Notes: a model not told the origin generated them from the letters alone. A stretch of 49,072 bases of DNA from an uncultured Candidatus Saccharibacteria bacterium (GCA_964628065.1 CAZVLM010000002.1:18993-68064); one strand, 5' to 3'; positions 8,196 to 16,946 are shown, counted from the first letter of the stretch. Program-made: numbers and translations.

Positions 8196-8201
8196 TATAA
8201 T
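8196..8201 (+). promoter_or_regulatory. -10 box TATAAT, 7 nt upstream of the rpsT ATG
   Basis: gctactataat-cctacct-ATG read directly. No SD. Confidence 0.55.
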
Positions 8202-8208
8202 CCTACCT

Positions 8209-8469
8209 ATGCCAAATCTACAAAATGCGAAAAAAGCTTTGCGAGTCTCTGACCGAAAGCGAACATTGAACGACAAGCGCCGAAAAGCAGTCAAAGAAAC
8301 TGTAAAAGGAGTGAAAGCTCTTATCGGAGCTGAAAAGAAGATCATCGCTGAAAACCTTGCGAAAGCTTACAAAGCTATCGATAAGGCAGCAAAGCGAGGA
8401 ATCATCAAGAAGAACACTGCAAACCGAAAGAAGTCACGACTTTCTAAGGCCTTGAAGCCAAAAGCTTAA
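8209..8469 (+). CDS. rpsT: 30S ribosomal protein S20
   Basis: MPNLQNAKKALRVSDRKRTLN... is a typical basic S20 N-terminus. 86 aa. Hairpin aatccct-...-agggatt lies downstream. Confidence 0.95.
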   Translation: MPNLQNAKKALRVSDRKRTLNDKRRKAVKETVKGVKALIGAEKKIIAENLAKAYKAIDKAAKRGIIKKNTANRKKSRLSKALKPKA

Positions 8470-8951
8470 ATCGACGTATTAAAAAATCCCTTCGCTTCTC
8501 GCGAGGGATTTTTTTGTGCAGGAAGCTCTTCGATTTTGAGTTTATAAACACCCTTTTTCAAAAAGATGCCCTTTTCTTCGTTTACTTTACGCTCAAGGAA
8601 AAAAACAACCAAAACAATTTGTTTTTCCAACAAGCCCTCAGGCTGCCATGAAACACGGATACAGCACTCTTCGCGGAGCAGTGCGTTTGTGTTTTTTTCC
8701 ACAGGAGGGGAAAGTTTAAAAGGAAAGGTCAGTCCGTTATATATCAGGTTGAGGGTGAAAAAACTACTGTCAGAGATCTCGAGGGGGAGTACAAGGTCAA
8801 CACTCCCGATAATCTCAGGCGAAATCTCAAGAAGAGCGTCAGCTGCAATTCGATGAAGGTTTTCTGGCTTCATTTTGTTATTCATTTTAAGTGAACGAAT
8901 AGAGACTGAGACTTCGATTTTGAGTATTACATTATTTCTTCTATTTGCCAA
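8466..8951 (-). CDS. Hypothetical protein (true start may be the ATG at 8885)
   Basis: ORF only; no motif recognised. Its 3' end overlaps the rpsT terminator hairpin. Confidence 0.4.
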   Translation of the reverse strand: MANRRNNVILKIEVSVSIRSLKMNNKMKPENLHRIAADALLEISPEIIGSVDLVLPLEISDSSFFTLNLIYNGLTFPFKLSPPVEKNTNALLREECCIRVSWQPEGLLEKQIVLVVFFLERKVNEEKGIFLKKGVYKLKIEELPAQKNPSREAKGFFNTSI

Positions 8952-8978
8952 GTCCTACCCGATAAGTATACTGGTGCC

Positions 8979-9254
8979 ATGACACATCTCCTCTTTTTTA
9001 CCGGAACTGAATGCCCTCACTGCGCCTTGATGCGCCCATTGGTCGCAAAGCTCTCATTCGAGATAGGTCTTGTAGTGGAAGAACGCGACACATGGAAAAG
9101 CGAAGCAGACTACCGGCTTCTTGAAAACTATCAGGAAGAAATAGGGGATCATGAATGCCAAGGAATTCCTTTTTTCTATAATACAGACACGAAAGCCTAT
9201 ATTTGCGGAGAAGTCTCTTATAAGGAGCTGAAAAAGTGGGCAACGGGACAATAA
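8979..9254 (+). CDS. Thioredoxin-fold protein (CPHC active site)
   Basis: FTGTECPHCALMRP CxxC motif in a 91-aa protein. TATACT lies 6 nt upstream of the ATG. Confidence 0.7.
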   Translation: MTHLLFFTGTECPHCALMRPLVAKLSFEIGLVVEERDTWKSEADYRLLENYQEEIGDHECQGIPFFYNTDTKAYICGEVSYKELKKWATGQ

Positions 9255-9271
9255 TGTGAGATAATAATCTC

Positions 9272-9916
9272 ATGACTGAAACAGGAGAAATATTGAAGCA
9301 GATCGCAGCCCTATCCTATGTGGGAATATTCGGCGCATCGTTTCTTGCAAATATTGTAGTTCCTGTTCCTGAGGAAGTAATCATTCTTGCGATCGGGTAT
9401 GTGGTGGGTACGGGAACGATCAGTTTCTGGATCACGCTCCCGATTGTTATTTTTGGAATGCTTCTTTCAGATGTGATTATGTTCTCGCTTTCTCTTCATG
9501 GAAACAAGATTGTGCGAACGGTCTATGATAAGTTTTTCGCAAAGATTGTTCCCATGAACCAAGAGTTTATCGAAAGTCATGTAAACAAAATTATTTTTGT
9601 AGCTCGATTCCTCGTAAACCTTCGATTCATTGGACCATTCCTCGCAGGACAGGCAAAAGTATCATACAAAAAGTTCATCCTTATCGATGGTCTTGCGATT
9701 CTTATTTATTCATCGGTACTCCTTTGGGCTGGGCACTATTTCAGCAACCGTATCGAAAGCATTTTCAGCGGCGTAGGCATTTTCAAAAACGTACTCCTTA
9801 TCGTGATCGCGATTGTTATCCTATTCTCTGTAGGCCAGGCGATTAAAAAGGCATTTTTGAAGTTTGAGAAGAAGGGGGAGGTAAAGCCTGTAGACACGAA
9901 TAATGTAGAGAAATAA
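9272..9916 (+). CDS. DedA/SNARE-associated family membrane protein
   Basis: Multi-pass membrane protein with PVPEEVIILAIGY and RFLVNLRFIGPFLAG blocks typical of DedA. TGAGATAAT lies 6 nt before the ATG. Confidence 0.8.
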   Translation: MTETGEILKQIAALSYVGIFGASFLANIVVPVPEEVIILAIGYVVGTGTISFWITLPIVIFGMLLSDVIMFSLSLHGNKIVRTVYDKFFAKIVPMNQEFIESHVNKIIFVARFLVNLRFIGPFLAGQAKVSYKKFILIDGLAILIYSSVLLWAGHYFSNRIESIFSGVGIFKNVLLIVIAIVILFSVGQAIKKAFLKFEKKGEVKPVDTNNVEK

Positions 9917-9946
9917 AAAACTGCCAATACGGCAGATTTTTATTTC

Positions 9947-10228
9947 TTACATCGTAAGCGTCGGATATACATGATTAGGGTTTCTATCTTTTTCTTCCTC
10001 ATCAACCAGGGTAAAGCGTTTTGTTCCGTCTGTATTTAAGCCGGTAAACCTTTCAATTGAAGTTATGTATAGCTGACCGTGATCATACAACGCTCGGTAC
10101 ACTACATAAAAATTGTCACCTTCCATATCGCTGTTTTTGGCAATATCAACCACGATGTATTTATTTCCGCGGTAGTGTTGGTATATTCTGTTTCGGACAA
10201 CGTCGGTTTCTAATGTTTTGAATTTCAT
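9947..10228 (-). CDS. DUF1653 domain protein
   Basis: YQHYRGNKYIVV...VVYRALYDHG matches the DUF1653 pattern (Y-x-HYKG-x-Y ... VVYR-x-LY). Confidence 0.7.
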   Translation of the reverse strand: MKFKTLETDVVRNRIYQHYRGNKYIVVDIAKNSDMEGDNFYVVYRALYDHGQLYITSIERFTGLNTDGTKRFTLVDEEEKDRNPNHVYPTLTM

Positions 10229-10240
10229 ATAGTTATAATA

Positions 10241-10942
10241 CTAAGATAACTTTTTATATTTTTTATAAAGGCTGTCAACTCTTTCCTTGTAATAATCAAA
10301 CACTTCTGGATAGTTGGCGCGCAATAGCTGAGCAGATCCAAGTGTCATTAAGTTATCCTTCTCGATCGCTTTTTGTATATATTCTTCTCCTTCCCAAAAT
10401 GAGCCGACATCAATCTGTGCGAGTTCTCCTGATCTGAGGTATCCGTAGTTGTGATCCCAGTTAAACGTATCCTCGGTAATGCCCTTGTCCCAAATTTGAG
10501 AGATGAGACCAATTACGTCATCAATCACCGTCTTCAACTTCTCAAGGCGATTTTCGTCATCTAAACTTTTAAGTCGATCACATACGAGTTCTACCTTTTC
10601 TTGAATAAGAAAAGGTGTTTCAGATACCACGTATCCCTGCCCATCCAGTGTGATTGTTTTAATAGGGGATTCAGCCCCTGCCTGATGGAAGTATATAAGG
10701 CCGGTTTCTTCTCTAAGTTTATCATTGGCTAATTGATAACTTATTGAATCATGTTCGAACCAGTCTCGAGTCAGCTCTTCTGGTTGCTTGCCCCATTTTA
10801 TAAACTGTTCTTTCCCCTCTTCAAATGTTTTTTGTCTTTTCAATACAAAACCTCCGTCGGCACTTATATAGGCTCGTGCTTGTACACCTTCGCCGAGGAA
10901 TGTATAAGGTTGGGAGAGTATTGTTTTAAGATCGTAGTGCAT
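10241..10942 (-). CDS. Putative atypical protein-kinase-fold protein
   Basis: GEGVQARAY (Gly-loop-like), VLKR (Lys), NYGY...AQIDVG (catalytic Asn / metal Asp-like). Start moved to ATG 10942, which has TATACT 6 nt upstream. Confidence 0.35.
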   Translation of the reverse strand: MHYDLKTILSQPYTFLGEGVQARAYISADGGFVLKRQKTFEEGKEQFIKWGKQPEELTRDWFEHDSISYQLANDKLREETGLIYFHQAGAESPIKTITLDGQGYVVSETPFLIQEKVELVCDRLKSLDDENRLEKLKTVIDDVIGLISQIWDKGITEDTFNWDHNYGYLRSGELAQIDVGSFWEGEEYIQKAIEKDNLMTLGSAQLLRANYPEVFDYYKERVDSLYKKYKKLS

Positions 10943-11236
10943 GGGATCAGTATAAACTATAATTATGCAAAAACGCCAGCCAAGGCGTTTTACTTGTGTG
11001 AGCCTTCTCGAGATAGAACCTTTCGGTTCCTTACCCCGTATAGTTATTTTTAATAAATTCATCATACCATAGCGACGCTTCTCGTGCGCCTAGCGATTTT
11101 TTGAAATAGTGACAAAAGTGACACGAAATAGGCTCATAAAGTTACAGATTCCTGTAACTTTTGTATCAAATTAGGCAACGTAATTTTTGGAACTCAAAGC
11201 CAGAGAGATTCTCTTATTTATGCTAAACTTTGAATT

Positions 11237-11974
11237 ATGCAAATGATGCTCAGAAATAGGCTGGTAAATTATGAACAGTTCGGAGGGGGTTCTCAAAATC
11301 TTCTCATTTTGCATGGTTGGGGTCAATCAATAGCTCCATGGAAGACTACCGCTTTGCATTGCTCAAAAAGCTATAAGGTCACAGTTTTGGATTTGCCAGG
11401 CTTCGGTTCATCAGAAGAACCTGAGAAGGTTTGGGATACGTTTGATTACGCTGAATTCGCGAAGGAATTTTTGGAGAAATTATCAATAAAAAATCCTGTG
11501 ATCATGGGGCATTCTTTCGGTGGAAGAGTAGGGACAATCCTTGCTTCAAAATATCCCGACGTGCTTTCGCAGTTGGTTTTGGTCGATGCTGGCGGAATCG
11601 AGATTAAGAATTTAAAAATAAAAATTCGAGTTCTTATATACAAATTATTCGTTAAACCAATTAGAAAAATGTTCAGTGATAAGATTAAGGGATTTTTCGG
11701 AAGCTCGGGATATCGTAATGCTTCGGGAACAATGCGACAGATTTTTGTAAAAGTGGTCAATCAGGATCTACGTCAATTGTTTAGTTCGATAAAAATTCCT
11801 GTCTACGTTATCTGGGGGAGTAACGACCAAGTTCTTCCTGTTGAATATGTAAAAATCTATAAAAAGCTGATTCCTCACTCAATCATAAGGATCATCTGGG
11901 GTGCGGATCATAGTCCCAATATTTCGAAACCTCAGGATTTTCTAAATGCACTCGATGATATTTTAAAGATATGA
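11237..11974 (+). CDS. Alpha/beta-fold hydrolase
   Basis: LLILHGWG and nucleophile elbow GHSFGG, with a C-terminal GADH histidine. Stop overlaps the murF start (ATGA). Confidence 0.8.
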   Translation: MQMMLRNRLVNYEQFGGGSQNLLILHGWGQSIAPWKTTALHCSKSYKVTVLDLPGFGSSEEPEKVWDTFDYAEFAKEFLEKLSIKNPVIMGHSFGGRVGTILASKYPDVLSQLVLVDAGGIEIKNLKIKIRVLIYKLFVKPIRKMFSDKIKGFFGSSGYRNASGTMRQIFVKVVNQDLRQLFSSIKIPVYVIWGSNDQVLPVEYVKIYKKLIPHSIIRIIWGADHSPNISKPQDFLNALDDILKI

Positions 11975-13380
11975 AAAAAGTGATCAATGCCATTTTCCCT
12001 TACACGTTTTACCTGCATATTTTCCAGCTGGAACGATATGATATTTTGCGCTTCCTCAAATGGCTTAAAAGCAATTTCTTCACCCGATCGAACCAGAACA
12101 AGAAACCACTGGTTGTTACGCAGAAAATAAAAATGATAGAAGTACTGTCTTGGGTTTGGTTTATCGTGTTGGTAGTAGTGGGTGTTTTGATTTCAAAGTG
12201 GCTAGGAATAATTGTTGCCGCTATTTTGATCATTCAGCCATATCTCCTCATTATCCTTTCAACGATCTCATTAAAACCTTATGAGGTTTGGAATCGGGCG
12301 CGAACTATTCGGGTTACGAGGAATAAAATAAAATCCCTCAAACATACTCAAATAGTGGGCATTGCGGGATCATACGGAAAAACCTCAGTAAAAGATGTTT
12401 TGTTTCACTTGCTTAAAAAAGATTATAAGGTTTTAAAAACTCCTCTCAGCTACAATACTATCTTTGGTATTGCTCAGGTTGTGGACTTGGAGCTGGATGA
12501 TTCCTATGATTATTTCTTGTGCGAACTCGGTGAATTCCAAAAGGGAGACATTACTGAAATGTGCGAAATGGTATTTCCAAAATACGGGATTCTTACAGGT
12601 ATCAACGACCAGCATTTGGAGCGGTTTAAGAATATCAAAAATACAATCGCGACAATTTTTGAGCTTGCAGACTTCTTGAAGGTGCAACAGCAAAAAACCA
12701 TTGTTAATGGTTTGAATCAATATATTTCTGAAGAGGTCCAGAGAAGGGGTTCCCATAATTTTGTCTTATACAGTACGGACGACAGCGAGCTTTTGGTAAG
12801 TGATGTTAAGTTTTCTGACAAAGGAACCTCTTTTGTTTTGAAATACAACGGAAAAATCTATCCAATAGAAACCCCGCTTCTGGGATACGCTCACCTTAAT
12901 AATATCCTAGGAGCAGCTACGCTTGCCGTTCAGCTTGGAGCATCTCTTGATAAGCTGGAAAAACGGATTGAAACACTGCCTCATGTCCCGCACCGTTTTG
13001 CCCAGAAGGTTTTGCCAAACGGTCTTTTGCTCGTTGATAATTCCTACAGCAGTAATTCAGATAGTTTCAAAGAGTCTCTTAATATCCTAAAAGGTCTTCC
13101 AAGAAAGAATAAGATATTGGTTACGCCGGGAATGGTCGAACTTGGAGACTCGAGCGATTCAATTCATCAAGAGCTTGGAAAAATGGCGAATAGTGTCTGT
13201 TCCTATGTAGTCTTAGTTGGTAAAAGCGATCGAACAAAAGCCCTCGCTTCTGGTATTGATCAGGACAAGGTGGTTTGGATGGACGACATTCGCCAGCTGT
13301 GGCAGACAGTTGAAAAATTAGGAATTCAGGCTAACGAAACAGTCGTTCTCCTTGAGAACGACTTGCCCGATAACTATTAG
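11971..13380 (+). CDS. murF: Mur ligase, probable UDP-MurNAc-tripeptide--D-Ala-D-Ala ligase (MurF) with an N-terminal transmembrane segment pair
   Basis: ATP-binding GIAGSYGKTSVKD, a Mur ligase central/C-terminal layout, and a convergent neighbour ddl. Residues about 55-100 are strongly hydrophobic. Confidence 0.7.
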   Translation: MKKVINAIFPYTFYLHIFQLERYDILRFLKWLKSNFFTRSNQNKKPLVVTQKIKMIEVLSWVWFIVLVVVGVLISKWLGIIVAAILIIQPYLLIILSTISLKPYEVWNRARTIRVTRNKIKSLKHTQIVGIAGSYGKTSVKDVLFHLLKKDYKVLKTPLSYNTIFGIAQVVDLELDDSYDYFLCELGEFQKGDITEMCEMVFPKYGILTGINDQHLERFKNIKNTIATIFELADFLKVQQQKTIVNGLNQYISEEVQRRGSHNFVLYSTDDSELLVSDVKFSDKGTSFVLKYNGKIYPIETPLLGYAHLNNILGAATLAVQLGASLDKLEKRIETLPHVPHRFAQKVLPNGLLLVDNSYSSNSDSFKESLNILKGLPRKNKILVTPGMVELGDSSDSIHQELGKMANSVCSYVVLVGKSDRTKALASGIDQDKVVWMDDIRQLWQTVEKLGIQANETVVLLENDLPDNY

Positions 13381-14534
13381 AGATTCTTGAAAATCTGCGA
13401 TGTAAACTTTCGATTGTGATTGTTTCGGTATTCCTCTTTCTTGAAAGCCAGGTCGATCATCTTTGACGCCAGTTTGTCGAAGGAAAGGCTGGTCTTTTCC
13501 CACAAATAGAACGCAAGGCTGCCGGGGATTGTATTTACTTCAACGAGTACGTACTCCTCGGTTTTCTTGTTTACCAAGAAGTCGACGCGAACGACGCCTG
13601 AGCAATTCAACAGTCGGAATGCTTTCTCACCATCACGCTTTAGATTAGCAAGGAGAGCGGGTGATACTTCCGCTGGGATTTTCCGATTCGTCGAAGCCAT
13701 TCCTTTCGATCCAGTCACTGCCTTCTTTGACTTTGAGCCTTTCAAGTACTTGTTTTCAAAATCAAGGAATTCGTTGTCCGAATAAACTTCCTCGGCTGCT
13801 GATATTTCAACCTGATCATTCCAAAGTCCGAGAAACGAAATATTAATTTCAGAATCTTTTTCAAATTCTTGCTCAATGAGTACTTTTGAATCGAAAGCAA
13901 AGCCAACTTCCAACCCTCGGATAAGTTCCTCTCGGTTCTGTGCCCGATTTACGCCAATGCTCGATCCTCCATTTGAAGGCTTAATAAATAATGGGTAGGA
14001 AATTGATTGTTCGATAGTGCGGATAGTCTCGTTCTGGTTGTTAGTAAAATCTTTCTCATAGACAACTTGGTATTTCGCCAAAGGAATACCTGATTGCTCT
14101 AGTATATTTTTCATCGAAACCTTATCCATACAGAGACTCGCACCCAAAACATCTGATGAGGTATAAGGTAGTCCAAGCGTTTCGCAGTATCCCTGAAATG
14201 TTCCGCCTTCGCCATAAGCGCCATGGAATGCGAGGAGTGCACAGTCGATTGGGGTTGTCTTTTGTCCGAAAAATGATTTTGAAACCATAACAACTCCATG
14301 TTCTTTTTGAAATGACACGGGAGTACATGAAGTTAATAGATTTTCGGTGTTTTTATATTGTGTAGTGTCAGTTAATTTTTCGCCAGTATAAAATTTCCCG
14401 TCTTGGTTTACAAATACTGCAATAGGATTAAATTTAGCAGTGTCCACTGCGTGAAATGCCTGAACTCCTGTAAGGATAGATATTTCATGTTCAGGAGATG
14501 TTCCGCCAAAAAATATAGCAATTGTCTTTTTCAT
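13377..14534 (-). CDS. ddl: D-alanine--D-alanine ligase
   Basis: IAIFFGGTSPEHEISILTG, FHGAYGEGGTFQG, an ATP-grasp core and EVNTIPG. Confidence 0.93.
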   Translation of the reverse strand: MKKTIAIFFGGTSPEHEISILTGVQAFHAVDTAKFNPIAVFVNQDGKFYTGEKLTDTTQYKNTENLLTSCTPVSFQKEHGVVMVSKSFFGQKTTPIDCALLAFHGAYGEGGTFQGYCETLGLPYTSSDVLGASLCMDKVSMKNILEQSGIPLAKYQVVYEKDFTNNQNETIRTIEQSISYPLFIKPSNGGSSIGVNRAQNREELIRGLEVGFAFDSKVLIEQEFEKDSEINISFLGLWNDQVEISAAEEVYSDNEFLDFENKYLKGSKSKKAVTGSKGMASTNRKIPAEVSPALLANLKRDGEKAFRLLNCSGVVRVDFLVNKKTEEYVLVEVNTIPGSLAFYLWEKTSLSFDKLASKMIDLAFKKEEYRNNHNRKFTSQIFKNL

Positions 14535-14556
14535 GCTGCTAGTCTACCATTTTAAC

Positions 14557-14631
14557 TGGTGATCTCGCCAGGAATCGAACCTGGATCGCAAGAACCGCAA
14601 TCTTGCATTCTATCCGTTGAACTACGAGACC
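14557..14631 (-). tRNA. tRNA-Arg (anticodon GCG), CCA encoded
   Basis: Reverse complement GGTCTCGTAGTTCAACGGATAGAATGCAAGATTGCGGTTCTTGCGATCCAGGTTCGATTCCTGGCGAGATCACCA. Anticodon stem CAAGA/TCTTG, loop UUGCGGU. Confidence 0.8.
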
Positions 14632-14690
14632 TTATTTGGGACGTTTTGCATACTACTATAAAAAACACCCCTTTTCAAGGCAAGTAAAAA

Positions 14691-14737
14691 CCTCTCCTTG
14701 CAGGAGAGGTCGGACGGCGAAGTCGCCGGGTGAGGTC
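14691..14737 (-). repeat. GC-rich palindromic element (type 1, reverse orientation), immediately 3' of the 14739..15215 gene
   Basis: cctctccttgcaggagaggtcggacggcgaagtcgccgggtgaggt. Its reverse complement matches the CACCC-box + ctctcctgcaaggagagg layout. Confidence 0.8.
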
Positions 14738-14738
14738 T

Positions 14739-15215
14739 CTACACTCCAATCGCTTCCGCAAGAATATCAATAATTGACTGCTTAGTTTCTTTTTCTTCGA
14801 TATATCTAAGGAGATAGGCTCGAAGCTCGTTTGGCGAAGTTGTTTCCGAAAGGGTAATGATTCGCTGGGGCATAACGGGTCGGCCGGTGACAATCATAAG
14901 GCGATTGTGGCCATGGTGATCCTGGTACATCCAAAATGATTTAAGGGTTTCATAAGTATACAAATCCTTGTTCATCTTAATCCCTCGTTCACTTAATTCA
15001 ACGTGCACCGGATGAGGTCTATCGTTTGCATAAAAACCAAGAAGGAGACCCCCAAGAATGAGGAGTACCGCAAGCAAATAGTTGTGCGCGATAATCGCAA
15101 GAACGCATCCTGTCACAATTGCAATACCAAGTGCCCAGTACCAGTCTGTTGATTTTTCCTTATGGGCAAATTCAACCGCATCCCACTCATATTTTTTTGT
15201 CTGCTCATGAATCAT
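14739..15215 (-). CDS. Hypothetical membrane protein (two TM helices + soluble C-terminal domain)
   Basis: ORF with the hydrophobic pair WYWALGIAIVTGCVLAII / LLAVLLILGGLLLGFY. Start set to ATG 15215 (TATACT-attaat-ATG). Confidence 0.5.
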   Translation of the reverse strand: MIHEQTKKYEWDAVEFAHKEKSTDWYWALGIAIVTGCVLAIIAHNYLLAVLLILGGLLLGFYANDRPHPVHVELSERGIKMNKDLYTYETLKSFWMYQDHHGHNRLMIVTGRPVMPQRIITLSETTSPNELRAYLLRYIEEKETKQSIIDILAEAIGV

Positions 15216-15277
15216 ATTAATAGTATACAAAATAAAGACCCGCAATGCGAGTCTTTATTTTCATATTTAAAAAATGA

Positions 15278-15724
15278 TTACTTTTCAGCAGATTGCACCC
15301 GAATAAGGTTTGCAAGAATAGTTCCTTCTGGGTCTGGAGTGCCGATAACTACAATAAAGTTACCAACTTGAAGATCTTCAGGTAAAAGTTCTTTTTGGTC
15401 TGATCGAATAAGAGTATCAGGTCTTACAAAAATTGTTTTCTCCGTTCGGTCCTGATCAGCGACAATGATTCGGGGGAGCGAGATACCAATAATAGGTCCA
15501 GCGGTTCCGTGCGCTGCAGGAAGTTGTCGGTTCAGAGGAAGTCTTTGTGCTTGCTCGTGCATGAACGCGCTTTTTCTCGTTCCTACAAGCATGCCTGCCT
15601 GAAAAATAATAATAGAAACAAGAAGCATGCCGATGCCGTACATCGCCATGCTTGCCTTGTTTGATTCAGCAGCTCCGCGAAGGAATGATTGAAGTTGTTC
15701 GTGCCAGTTTTTTTTGTGATCCAT
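15278..15724 (-). CDS. Hypothetical membrane-anchored protein
   Basis: ORF with a single TM (MAMYGIGMLLVSIIIFQAGMLVG). Part of the sigma-factor operon by position. Confidence 0.5.
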   Translation of the reverse strand: MDHKKNWHEQLQSFLRGAAESNKASMAMYGIGMLLVSIIIFQAGMLVGTRKSAFMHEQAQRLPLNRQLPAAHGTAGPIIGISLPRIIVADQDRTEKTIFVRPDTLIRSDQKELLPEDLQVGNFIVVIGTPDPEGTILANLIRVQSAEK

Positions 15725-15740
15725 AAGTATAGATTAGGTA

Positions 15741-15786
15741 CTCCCCCTGCGAAGGGGGAGTCGCTCGGCGAAGCCGGCGGAGGGGG
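15741..15786 (-). repeat. GC-rich palindromic element (type 3 hairpin ctccccctgcgaagggggag + box), intergenic
   Basis: The reverse complement of 15761..15786 (ccccctccgccggcttcgccgagcga) shares the 18-mer cgccggcttcgccgagcg with the tsaE copy. Confidence 0.8.
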
Positions 15787-16182
15787 TTAGATAGTTGATA
15801 ACTTCTGCACAGCTCGTAATGAGTTTCGCGCCGACCAGGCGAGAACGAGCAGGATAAGCAGTACGACAGTAAGACTCATAACCGGAATAGCTTCTACAAG
15901 GGTTACTGCAAACTGCTTCCAATAACTTGTGACCGCTCCAGGATCAGAGAAGCCAATCGATAGATAATGATAGAATCCTGATTGTCCAATTTGGTGCACC
16001 AACCCGATGGTGGCAGGAACAATTGCAATAACCGATAATGTTGCAATGACGCCGTATCCCCAAAAAGTTATTTGACGAGAACGATTTTCGCGTAAAACAA
16101 TCACACGCACAATATCCGTCGAGAGATTTTCCCGCGGACAGCAATTGATAGAACACAGTGCTTTATTAAGTGGTTTCGCCAT
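15787..16182 (-). CDS. Membrane protein, possible anti-sigma factor
   Basis: Directly downstream of the ECF sigma gene. Cys-rich N-terminus (CSINCC) followed by TM helices. Assigned by position only. Confidence 0.35.
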   Translation of the reverse strand: MAKPLNKALCSINCCPRENLSTDIVRVIVLRENRSRQITFWGYGVIATLSVIAIVPATIGLVHQIGQSGFYHYLSIGFSDPGAVTSYWKQFAVTLVEAIPVMSLTVVLLILLVLAWSARNSLRAVQKLSTI

Positions 16183-16265
16183 GGGTAATAAGTAGTACGT
16201 AAATTAAGGCTTATTTGGTGCACTACTTCGCTCCTCGATGACTCGGAGCTTCGAAGTGCGAGCAC

Positions 16266-16817
16266 TTAGGATATTAGAGTGCGAAGTTTTTCCAAGGCTC
16301 GCCGGTGGTGGCTTTTTACGGTATTAAGGGGTTTGTCTAAAATTTTTCCAATTTCATCGAATGTCATGTTTTCCTGGTAATGAAGAATCATAACGGTTCG
16401 ATAATCAGGAGACAATTGATCAAGGAATTCTTCTAAGATTTTCGCATCATCAATGGAAGCTACAAGTTCATCGGGCAATATCGCGTCGTCAGAAATAGTT
16501 TCTTCGAACGACTTGTCATCATCGCCAGTAAGATTAGAAAAGGGGATTGATTTTTTCTTCCGTAAGGAGTCAGTGGCAGTATTTCTCGCAATAGTAAATA
16601 TCCAAGAGCGAAACGATTGTTCAGGGTGATACTTTTTTAAGTTTTTCCATACTTTTATAAACGTTTCCTGGGTGATGTCTTCGGCGGTTTGAATGTTGCC
16701 CGTTAGTCGAAATGCAAAGTTATAAATAGGTGTCGTATACTTTTCTACGATCGCCTCAAAAGAGCCTTGTTTACCAAGGATTGATTCGGAAACGAGTTGC
16801 GCATCGTTTTCTTCCAT
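16266..16817 (-). CDS. ECF-type RNA polymerase sigma-70 family factor
   Basis: Region 2 (IYNFAFRLTGNIQTAEDITQETFIKVWKNLKKY) and region 4 HTH (MTFDEIGKILDKPLNTVKSHHRRALEKLR). Confidence 0.9.
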   Translation of the reverse strand: MEENDAQLVSESILGKQGSFEAIVEKYTTPIYNFAFRLTGNIQTAEDITQETFIKVWKNLKKYHPEQSFRSWIFTIARNTATDSLRKKKSIPFSNLTGDDDKSFEETISDDAILPDELVASIDDAKILEEFLDQLSPDYRTVMILHYQENMTFDEIGKILDKPLNTVKSHHRRALEKLRTLIS

Positions 16818-16946
16818 GTTCCAACGATACCATGAACCGACTCTTTTGCACCAGAAAAAGTTTTCAGTGCGTATAAATGAGTAGGTGCGAAGTTATGAAT
16901 CGCACCAGGTTATTAATTACTAGACTTGCGTCAACTTAACTATTAC

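Noticed and set aside
4895-11974. Alternative genetic code (UGA recoding, as in some CPR lineages)
   Set aside because: Well-defined genes terminate exactly at TGA with sensible lengths and overlaps (for example 4895..4897, 11972..11974 and 29939..29941). No conserved protein needs read-through of TGA.
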